A stretch of DNA of 64,000 bases from Rhina ancylostomus (lineage: Eukaryota): NCBI GenBank assembly GCA_030265395.1, contig JARFYF010000036.1:22594386-22658385 (forward strand), given 5' to 3'. The notes beneath the pieces were generated by a model that saw only the letters and a list, made by a program, of their open reading frames with translations, was not told the origin of the DNA and did not search any database. Below, piece after piece: positions 12,101-24,100 of the stretch (its first letter is position 1; every line of letters starts with the position of its first letter). The position numbers and the translations under genes were made by a program.

Positions 12101-15100
12101 ATGTTTGGTCCAGTTCATTCACAGAAAGTGTCATGTATTACACTTGCCTACATAGGCAAGGCCATTTAAACCTGTTGGAATTATCATAAGCCTTGAAACT
12201 GAATTGATTAGTATTTGTTTTTAATGTAGTGCAAATCACACTGATTTCCACATGAAATTGTGATCATCAGTGAATTAGAGCAGGCTCTTCCATGCATCTC
12301 ATGTTAGTGCACATGATTCTTCCAGTGTGAAATGGACAATAAATGACCTTACTATTCCTCCCTTGCATTAATTGAAGCTCAAATATGCAACCTACAACTT
12401 TCACAGAACAGTCTCAATGCAACTAACAGCAGCAGAGTACAAATTAATCACTACATAAGCAGCACTGTAACATCAAGAGACCTGATTTGGCACCTTCAGA
12501 AGTGACAGCAGACTGCTCAAACTCCTTTCAAAGTTCACAAGTTAATTGGGAGTGCTTTCTCCAGCTATTTGCTGCTGACATATTCATTCAATGGATATGT
12601 CAATGGTGATGCTGTTGGCAGCACTGCATCAGCAACTTTCAGGTGATGCACAATCAGGTCTTCAGCAAAGACAGCAGCTGTCACACGGATGTCACTTTGC
12701 ACAGAGAACAACGTGATTTGCTCTAAACCAGCAAGCATTTGAAAGGTGCTATTATTTTGAGGATCATTTACAAGACCAAGAAATAATACAAAAAAATCTT
12801 AACATTGGAACCTGAATTTAAAAACCCTAATGCCTTTCCCATTTTGCCACCTGGAGGGTTGCTTCCTTTCCCTTTGAATCTACACATGTCCCTGCTGACC
12901 CAAGAGAAATTGTTATTCCAATTGGGCAGCTTCAGTCTACAATCGAGGGCCAATTGAATGATCAGTCTTGGATGTATGGCTGTGCACCTTGGGTTATGGC
13001 TACCAAGCTGTTTGAGAGGTTGGTGGCGACTTGATGCCTTCATGAAAAGGGAGTATCAATGTCCTGATCCTACACACTAAGTGAACTCCCAAATGTTTGG
13101 GTGGACAAAAGGTGCTGGCACACAGATTGCATCAGCATTATTTCAACCTTCAGATTCGAAGGTGACTCGGCTGACTGTTACCCCTATTACAGTCCTGATG
13201 CAGGGTCTCAAACCAAAGTACTTACAATTCTTTCCCCACCACAGATACTGCCTGACCCAATGAGTTCCTCCAGCAGTTTGTTTTTTGCTTCAGACTCCAG
13301 CATTTGTAACCAGAGAGACAGAGAAGTGACTGCAAGTGTCTGATCCCTGCTCTCTTCATTGTTAATCTCAAAATCAGCTCTTTGCAACATCTGAGTAGGA
13401 CTCTGTTCACAGTGAAGATGGGTGAGAGTTTGCCAGAGGGGGAAAACACATAGCTTACTATTGCAGACAAAACGTTACTCCCAATGACTGACATTTCTGC
13501 TCCTGAAGTCTGATCAGCTCCTGCATGGCCTCTCTATGCTCTTACAGGAGAGGAATCTGCTCAGGTGCAGCATCTCTGCTTCTGAGAACAGCTAGCTCCT
13601 CATTCACAGGGTCCTTCACTCCTGGAAATCACCAAACTGCTTGGTAGCATTCCTGTGTCCACTGTGGGCAGGAATCTGCTCTTTCATACTGACTCATTAG
13701 CATTCTCCCATCAAGCTTCCATCGAGTTAATAATGTAAAGGTTTCTCAATGGAGGACATTGTGGTCCTCCATTGCCCCCATATAGGCAAGAACAGGGAGG
13801 AGGAGGTGCAAGGCCACATGCATTGGAAGGTAGTGGTGGTACAATCTTCTTAAATGTATTTGCCTGTCCTCAATGAAGGTGCCCATCTTGCACCTGAAGG
13901 ACAGAGATGCCACTTATTAACAGTGGAGCAAGCTTGAGTGGCCAAATAGCCTGCTCCTGTTCCTAAGGCAGCAATTTGCTCTTTCGTACTGACACATTAG
14001 CATACTTCTATCAAGCTTCCATCGAGTTGATAATGAAAAGGTTCTCAATGGAGGACATTGTGGTGCTCATAACACTGGGAGCTCAACAAGAGCATTTAAA
14101 GTTTGGTAGTCTCAGAAGCCTGCACCAGAATAAGAATACATCTTGTCAGTTGATCATAAGTATGCGATTTTGACAGAATACAAAAATTCCAATCAGGAGT
14201 AACAGACAATCTCTCTGCAATCCAGATTCCAGCATATTACAGTCTCTTGTGTCTCCAGCCTGAGATCAGGTTTGATATCAGAACTGAGAGTGTCTTAGTT
14301 TGTTTGGATGTAAGGCTTATGCATCCGATTACTTTGTCATCATCACTGCTGGTAGTGTACATGTATGGAAATAGACTCTGCCATCTTGCAGTCCAATAGT
14401 TTAAAGAAAATTATTGCTGAAACACATAACGGTTACTCAATTGCAGTAGGTATAAGAGGAATATTTGTGCTCAATAAAACATAGGCCAGAAGGGACCAAG
14501 GTGAGGAGAAAACCTTTGAAAGCAAAAGTAACACTATATTAATCAACATTGATAACTGCTGAAATAAGAAAAGGTGGAGAAGTAAAAGGGTGAAAGTAAG
14601 TTTACTGCAAGAGCAGGAGAAAAACGAAACAAGCTTGTCCTGCTAAAAGAGTCAGAATCAAGCAGCTCAAATCTTCCAGACTATTGGTGGAACATGAAAC
14701 TTTAAGTTAATTCAGTTCCAAATTAAGACTTAAACTTGGAAACAATTGACAAGGAATTATAATTCAAAGAATATTAACAGTAAGAAACTGAATGCAAGTG
14801 CAATCACTCATTAATACAGAAAAGGTTCAAGTCTTCCAAGTGTTTCCAAAATAATAATGAAAGGGACAACGTTCAGTGACATTTTAGAGAAATGATATTT
14901 GGTGCCAGAGAATGAGAGACTGAGTTCTCATTTCTTACATTTTGCTCATTCCTTATTTGTGTTGCACAGTGCAAGGAAGGCGTACATTTTCCTGAATGAC
15001 AGAACTTGGAAGAGTTCCTGTTGCATATCGCCTAGCAACAAAAGGAGCAGTGACACTGAGTTGAGTACATTATTCCACCCTACCAAGCCCTTGGCAAGAA

Positions 15101-18100
15101 AACAAGTGGTGTGTGCGGTCTTATGATGAAAAATCTGAGGCTACATGTCCTTCTTTAGAGCAATCATTAAAGAGTTTTCCATTTGCTTTGAAGTTTGCCA
15201 AACACCTAATATTATAGCCTTAATCTCCCTAATAAGTTCAAAACTACCATCAGTGCAATTAGTTAACTCAATGTTTTACTCAATGTGGTTTTTAATCATT
15301 TCTATCTATTTTTATAAATTCAAACGATGGCTCAAATAAAATCACAGATCAATTACAAATTCTCTTACCAATTAGTTTTAGCTTTGTATGTGGATGGGCC
15401 ACAAACTATGGAGAATCTCTAAATTTCGATTCCCACTTTTAAATAATTTCCATTGTTTATATTTTGTCAACATCCAACTTGCTTTTAGAATAAAAAAAAA
15501 ATTCCTTGCATTATATTTTGCTCTGCCAAGTTGTACTTTGGTGACTTTCTTCTTTAGACAAAAGTGCAAAATCAGCCATGTTAGTTTAGGTATGCGTTAT
15601 ACAGCCCATTCAATTCAAGTTATACTTTATTGTCATTCACCCATATGCTGTAAAACACATGGAGGGACGAAATGTTGTTTCCCTCAGACTCACACAGAGG
15701 ACATACATAAAGCAGAACATACAATAAACGCAGACAGAAAAATTATGCAAGCACAAATAGTGCAAAAAAATGGTTACATATAGGATACAAAATTAGTGCA
15801 ATGTTAGTGCTTGCCAAAACCAATTGGACAAAGAAAATACAGAACTCAATGTATTGCATTAAGTGTACAAACATGTTTAGCAGGGGCCAAAGTTCTTATG
15901 CGCCATTATGCAAACCAGGACTTTTGATGCGGCATTTGTCTGAGACTGCCNNNNNNNNNNNNNNNNNNNNNNNNNNNNNNNNNNNNNNNNNNNNNNNNNN
16001 NNNNNNNNNNNNNNNNNNNNNNNNNNNNNNNNNNNNNNNNNNNNNNNNNNCACTTAGTGATAATTGGTGTCAGTGCCACAGGGCGGTAGTCATTTAGACA
16101 GATTACACACAACTTTTTAGGCACTGGTATGATGGTGGTGGATTTGAAACATGCAAGAACAAGTGCTTGGCTCAGAGAGACATTGAAGATGTCGGTGAAT
16201 ACATCTGCCAGCTGGTCTGTGTAGTCCCTGAGCACGTGGCCAGGCATGTTATCAGGTCCCGCTGATTTCCAAGGGTTAACCCTGGATAACGTCTTCCTCA
16301 CACTGGCTGAGGACAGAGAGTACCTGGGCGGTGGAGGTGTCTTGCTCACCGGCTCATTGTTAAGTCCATCAAACAGAGCATAGAAATCTCACGGGGGGCA
16401 GGGGGAGAACCTCATTGTCACAAATGCGATAATTCTCCTTTTTGCTGTGTAATCTGATTTTCCAATCTTCCCCAAAGTTTGAAAATTACTCCTATGATTT
16501 ATCAATACCACAGTTCACAGACCCAAGCACAATTCATTAAATTGCACAATCTAGCACACTGAAGTAATTAAAGGTAAACAGAGAAAATACTGGACTTGAA
16601 ATGTAACTGTTTCCTTTTCCACAAATGCTGCCTGACCTGTCTGCTTTTACTACAGATTATCAATATCTGCAATCCTTTGATTTTTATTTACTAGAGTAAT
16701 TAAAAAGGTACCTCAATAAATTACCAAGTCTTAAGTAAAATCCATCTCTCCATGAAAAATACCAATGGGGTGAACAGTTCACCTAATTTATCTTCTTCCT
16801 GGAAACTTATGCCCCAAGAGGAGAGCAATAATGTTGGTTTTGAAGAACTTTTGAAAAAAAGTTTTTCTTCATTGGCTTATCCAATAGATTACTGCACATG
16901 AAAAATTGCCTCATAACATCATTAGCAACTGGTACTTATGCATTGCATTTACTTCCATCAAACTATCCAAGATAATCCACAAGGCCATTATGAAATCAAG
17001 ATAACACTGCCAAATAGGAAAACATTATGGCATTGGTTAAAGAGTTGATGGGAGCATCTTAAAAGAGGAAAGCCAAATTCTTTTCAATGACCCTGGGAAG
17101 TTTNNNNNNNNNNNNNNNNNNNNNNNNNNNNNNNNNNNNNNNNNNNNNNNNNNNNNNNNNNNNNNNNNNNNNNNNNNNNNNNNNNNNNNNNNNNNNNNNN
17201 NNNNNNNNNNNNNNNNNNNNNNNAGATTAAATTGTTAGACAGATTGACAACTGTCTAGCTTTGAAAAAGTTCATAAAAATTGCAAATTAACACCTTCAAG
17301 CAAGCTCCAGGTGATATCTATCAGAGGTAGGGTGAGAGTTAGCTTTCCTCGACACAGCTCCAGAACAAAATGTCAGTTTCAACTTCAGAATTACACCTCA
17401 CAATCCTTCAATTTTCATTTTTCTCCATTCTCACACATCTTGAGAATTCTTTAGGTAAAGCTGCCACATAGTATCAAATTATGGACAGACTACTCCAGAG
17501 ATTATATCACAATATGGACCGATAATCTTAAACATTACCTTTATTCCAGCTGCTGCGGCTGGTCCTCCTGGATCCACAGCCTGGATGTAACATGGTCTTC
17601 CTCCTCGCACCACAAAACCCCATCCAACTGCATCACCCACAATCTGAAATTAAGTATACAAGAGTAACTCAGCTTTATCTGAACTGCCTTATCTTTGAAA
17701 TGGTGATTATTTTGTACAGTAATGAACACATTATATTGGGTCATATGGGCAAGGCCCTGTTGCTAAATTTGAAGCCTAATTCAGTGTGGCTATGGGTTAG
17801 AGAGAATAGGACCATTGTGTTGTAGACGCCATTTTGTGCTTCACAGATAAGGGTTCTGGTTAGAAATTTATGAACTTCCATTTTAAGCTTTCCTTAACAC
17901 AGTGAATTTACCCCAAGCGCAAAACAGATGGATATGTGGAAGCTTCGAACAGCTAAGTGCAGCAAGATTAAGTCATACACAGCGCAGAAGCAAAATGATG
18001 GTTTTGGGCAGTAGGGGGATCTTAAAGAAATGGATGTAAACTTCAAGCCTGCCACGTTAGACACAGTAAATTGTACGGCACCTGTAACATCCAATTTCTT

Positions 18101-21100
18101 AACAAATGACAGGACCTTGCAATGCCCACCCTTAAATAACCATAGTATTACCTAAGAGCTATTTAAACCCTAAGTATCATGGATGTTAATGTCTTTGTTG
18201 AACAAAATACTTCTGTTGTTCAGTTTAGAGACTAGGTTCCAAATAAAACATGTTTCAGCACTAAGTTTGCTAAAATAAGTATTGTTGATAAATTAGTTTG
18301 TACGGAGGCTCCAAAACAATTAGAAAAGCTTATGGAAAATTCCATTTGCTAGAAACATATCAAGGATAGAAGGGGTTATGCCAATATTTTCAGTTGATGT
18401 ACAGTAGTTGAGCAAAGCAAAATCACATTTGAAAGATATTGGGCCTTTTATTTGTTCCAAGAGTGCAGAAGGAATGCGAAAGCATAGCAGGTCAAAAACA
18501 GTAATGAGGTATTGTGTTTAGTTAGGAGTTCTAACATTATCAGTTAGAACCTGGTTTTACATCAGAAGCTTGAAGGTCAGAACAATGTCATGATTGAAAA
18601 TATTCTACTTATTCAGTAATTATACAAATCAGACAAATCTGAAAGTCCCCAGATAAGATAACGTATAGGAATGTACAAAGTTACTCTACTCACAATTAAG
18701 AGTCCAAAATATTTCAGTCCAAAATACTGGTACCATTAAAAAATTAGTTTAGTTTGTTTGGTTCTTGATTTATCAACATTGTTCATATTTGAAAAGACAC
18801 CTTTGTCAATATTAGCACAGCTCACACAAGGTAACTGGCACAAGCATATGCTCACAGCTTCCTCCACTCAGCTGGAGAAAGACAAATCCACCCACTTTAA
18901 CCCACAAATCTTTCTTCCAGCCACAACTTTTTGATGTCATAAATAAAAAGAAATAAAATTAAAGTGCTCTTTTATCTAATAAAGTTGCTCAGTGTCTGTT
19001 AACTCCCTTATTAAGCAACTTGGGATGTTTTTTGCTGCATTGAAGGCGCTATATCTATGGAAGTTGTTACTGTTGCAGTGGGATCTGCCTTACATTTGAT
19101 GCTAAATAGTTAAATACCTGGCCATTAAAAGGCCTTTGCTGCTGCTGCTACTACTAAAATATGTTTTAAATACCAACTGAAAGTCCTCCTCACAGCCATT
19201 ATTTGCTGCAGAGGAAGTGGGGCTGAGTAAGCTTACCAATCTACACATGTTTGCTTTAACTTCTTTGTTCAGCTGAACTGCAACAAACCCAGACATTCAA
19301 ACATTTCAGTTTCAGCACTGACCTTAAGTAGAATTAATTCTTAAAAGAATTGAACAATTTGTTTTTACAAAATTAATTGGACCCAAACTTACTTTCTAAA
19401 AAATTGTGCCCTGACTTGCAATGTTATGTTGGTGAAGAACTGAATGCTTAGATGTTCTTTACTGGTGATCGATTAGTTCTCATGGTACGGTGCCACTTCC
19501 AGCAATCTGATTAATCAATGTTAACCATGTGCAGAGGAATCATCCTAGAGATAAAAACATTAAATCCTTCCAGCAATAATCAGCTGGGACTGCTAAACTT
19601 TAACCAAAAGCTGCCTTCTTCCTTCAGATGAAAAATATTTGAGAAACAGCACACTGTTTATCCTTGGGCTTTTGAATTGGATGGTCAAAGTTATCCCTCA
19701 AGCCTAAAGAATAGAGGAAACAAACAAAAAAAACAAAGAAAGATTTGAAACTTAAGAGTAAAAAAAAAGATTGGTGTAGATTTAGAAAAAAGATAAATTG
19801 TAGTTAAACTTGAGAAACAAATGGGGTCACTGGGCAAGAACAGCTGATCGCTTAACCTTTAAGTAAATTTGTTTTGTTGGCTCTACTTTTGTTGCATAGC
19901 GTTGTTACAATTGTAAAGCTGTTCCTAACAAAGGAGAAACACTATCACTCTAGTAATGGTGATACTTTTAGTGTTGTGGTGCCTGCATTGTAGCTGGATG
20001 TCACTCGGACTCTTGTTACCTCACAATTCATCCTCATTTGCAGTATATATTAGTGACAGCATGTTGTACTTTATCTCTGAAATTCATTCTGTGAACTTAA
20101 ATAAACACTAAATTCATCCCAGCCTAGAATTACATTCTAGAAATTTGTGGCTGGCATTTTGGTTATAGGATTCTAAAGGAAGAAGTTTTTTTTTACATAA
20201 TTCTGACATTTTTCTCTCCTCTACTTCACTGAGGCCATGAATTAATATATCTTAACCAGCTCAATGCTTCAACTAAAATAAATCAGAGAAAATAACTTTC
20301 TTTAGAAATTGTACAGGATTTTCTCTTATTCAATGTCCTCACAGCTTTAGTGACTAAATCAAAATCTTTTCTTCTTTCAGTACCACCTTGAAGCATAATG
20401 TTCCACCAAATAATTACCAATAATGTTTAATATTTGCACAAAACATTGCCATTACCACAAAATCCAGTAAAAGATATAATAAAATATTGCCATATTTTCC
20501 TGAGTTTACCAATTCCAAGAAAATTTTCACCAATTTGGTGCACCATTGTGCAACTCAACAGGAAAAAAAATACCGGAAGGGCTTTAAAATAGATCAGGTC
20601 CCAAACAACTGTGTGACTTACTAAGGCCAAAGGCTCCATCTAACTGTTGCATCATAGGTGGCAGAACATGCCAGTATTATCAGTTCCCTCAAATGCTCAG
20701 TTGCCATGAACTGAATTAGCAACTGATAGGACAGTTACAGTTAGTTACTCCCTGCTCAAATGTGCAAATGAGTCTTAAGGGTCCAAGACAGGGTTGGAGA
20801 TGCACCTCAGAAATTGAATTTCTCATTAATTTAACATTGATTCCTTACGAATAAATGTTAGCTTTTTCCATGATGGGGAGAAGCCCTGCTGCCCAGCTCT
20901 GGGCCCCACTCTGGACTGTTACCAGATAGATAAGATTCCTGGCCTCAGGGAGAATGTAAACACCCAACATCTGGTGTTAATGATGTTAATACTGATATTA
21001 AAGAGGGCAGAATTTGAACCGTGACCTCCTAATCCTACTTAAGCAACAGAGATCACCACTCGGACTTGAAGAGACAGGAATGCTGATTCCTGAGAATTCA

Positions 21101-24100
21101 GGCCCAGTGATTTACAAAAATACTTCTGTACAAAGATAACATTGGCTCTTATTCAAGATTTCGTACAATTTGAGATAAGCCTGCTATCTCTCTTGTGGAA
21201 GTATGTTCATTTAATCAATTCAAAGCTTCCATTTAGACTGGGTCACAGCTCCACTGGCCCTGTAGTAACTGTTTAAAGCTTCAAGGAATGCACACTTACT
21301 GTTAATGTTTTCTTTAAGTAAGGTGCTCCAGGTGACAGGAGTTCTTCATTAGTGACTGGTCTCTNNNNNNNNNCAACAATAACCACCAATGAGTGTTTGC
21401 ACAAAGTATGTTAACATTTCAAAATCCAATAAAATAACTTTATGCAAGAAATCTACTGAGCCCTTTTCTGGCAGGGTTTTATCAACTGCTGGAAGGGTGA
21501 ATTGAAGGTTAGTACAGTTACAGAAATGATTGACATGTGTTGCATTTTAATATATCTCACAAAATATTGCTATGTTCTCAGCAGATTGAATTTTTTTGGA
21601 ATGTTGCTACTGCTTAAATTCCATAATAAAACTGAAGGACTCGCCAATTCTGCACCTGAAAGAAAAACAGATGCCATTAACACCAAAGGCTTCTCGGAAT
21701 CAATCTACAGGCAACACTTTAAATGCCTGCTTAATGCACTAACTCATATCAGGCAGGAGATTGCTTCGAGATATCACCAGGATTTTTATGCCAGCTGCAC
21801 AACTCTAGTGGGTATTTGAATATATGAATGGCTGTATAACGTACTAGACGATAAGCAGTTTAAATAGCAATTCAAATAGGGCCCAGAATAATGGCATCAA
21901 CTCTCCTGCCTACACACGCCCCAAATCAAACAAATGAACAAACCAGTCGAATGGATCCATGCCAAAGCTGGTTGATCTTTAGCTTTGCAAAGCAAACAAA
22001 TATTGGTAAAATGCCTTCTACTGCCCTCAGCTTGTCATTTAAATCCAAAAATCAGGTATAAACATGAAGATGAGGGTTATGAACTGATGCCGCAGACACA
22101 CCACTGACTACTTGCCAATTTTGAATGCAAGTTAAAAATTAGAACCCACCTCTTGGTTTAGCTATTGTTCTTAAACTGCAACAACAATGCATCATACCTT
22201 CATAACCAACAGTGCACACAGGAATTTAAATATTACTAACTTGTCAAAAAGTATAGAAAACAGGCTTTTGTGCACACATGTACAGATCCATGTGTACTTA
22301 ATCTTCCTAATGGCTATTGAGGAGAGCACCCCAGCTGTCCCACAAATTATAATGAACAGCAGCTTTCTACCGTCCAAGAGCTTTCTTTGATGAACCCAGT
22401 TCATGACTTACAGGAAGCACGGTTTCCTACCAAAAAGCTTTTATGGTGTCCAGAAATAAGTTGAACAAATCCTCTTACGTCATGGGATTAAAAATTATAA
22501 AATAGCAATGACCACCTTTAATCACCACACAAGATAGGTTACATATTATGGTTTGGTTTTCCTCAAAAGAGTTAAATACTCCATTTCTGTTACCTATTAA
22601 AGCAAGTCACTTACAAAACATTTCCACAGAGGAACTCAATTTGACATTTTGGTAATTAGCTTTGAATTACACTAAATCATTTTAACTCAGAATCTGTGTT
22701 ATTTAACAGGCTTTATGCTCCAGTAAACTTGGAGTTTTATTACACACACTAAATTTCAAAGACGTGATCAAATTACAACTTGGATCATGCCAAACAAAGG
22801 CTGTAGATGGGAGAACAGGAACAAGGACAGGGCTGTCTAATAAATAACTATTTATGGTAATAGCCAACTATGCTACTCCAAAACAACATGCAGAAATTTA
22901 TTAATGAGTAAAGCATGGCTGATTGCAATGTTGTTTCTATACAAAATAGAACATTTTTGAATCTTTACTGTTAATTAATATCCATAAAACATTTCACAAC
23001 TATGGATGGTTTAAACAGATAAACACAGCTTCTACAACACACACCTATCAAACCAGATTAACACTGGTCTGTGAGAGCAGGATACGTGGATATAACATAA
23101 ATGAAGTTGACCTCTGAGATTATAAGTGATCAGAAAGCTTCATGCAGAGAAATGCAATTTTTAAAAAAATGTGCTATAACTTTGCCATAACTGTTTTTAA
23201 TGACAAGAGAAAAATTCCTCCCTTGAAAATTAGATCTCTAAATCACAAAAATATTTTTCAATAGCCTCAATGTTACTCCTTTTGAACACAAATGCCTCTT
23301 CTGCTGTCTCTTAGGGTTGTAGATGTCTGGCTTCCACTCCAATTCTAGGAGTTCTGAGGTGCTCCATAAACCTACTTGAGACACACAGACTTGCCAAAGA
23401 TGAGGAGGACAATATTTGATAGGACAGCAGTGGCTGGTTTATGAGGTAGCATGCTTCTTCTGTGGTTTACACTAGGCTTCTCTGTGCTTGTAGTGAAGAA
23501 ATTTGAGGTTCTCAATGCCAACCTATATGCTCTTTTTCCATTTAGAGCAGTCTCGTGAATCTCTTGCCATGGTAGTTGCCGGAATAGAATGTTTGTTTTG
23601 TGAGTCAAGTACAGGGCACACAAGTGATGTGGTCTGCTCATTGGAGCTTACTGAGAGGTAGCTTATCATGCCTGCGGATTTGGAAGATTTTGCAGTCAAC
23701 GTTGGTAGTACCTTTTGTATGCTTTGAGGCGATTGCTTTAGATAGCCCATGTCTCAGAAGCATCCAAGACGGCAGGGATCATTGCTACATGGTAGATCAT
23801 GTACTCTATGCAAGATTTTAGGTCTTGAGCTTCAAGCACCTTTATTATCAGGTAGGTAAAGGCTGTGCTGAGATGCTGAATTTGATGACAAGTTTCATCA
23901 TGAATAGCTGCCTTTGTTGAGAGGTTGCTCCCAAGATGTGGGAAGTGGTCCATGTCTTACAGGTTCTCATTGTGGACATTTATTGTCAGAGTACAGTTGT
24001 GCATTTGCTAAGATTGGTAGAGGACTTTTGTTTCTGAAGTGTAAGGTGCATTATCTTGTATGCTTCGGGTAACAACTTTAGGATGACTTGGTGCTCAATT

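Noticed and set aside
13680-14005. Minus-strand CTAATGAG..GAAA / CTAATGTG..CGAAA in the 300-bp-period repeat, suggesting a hammerhead retrozyme
   Set aside because: The core deviates from CTGANGA, and I could not form stem I or a proper cleavage site in either copy.
14000-14035. Minus-strand tatcaactcgatgg (and nearby tcagtacga) resembling short rRNA motifs
   Set aside because: The matches are too short and have no surrounding rRNA similarity.
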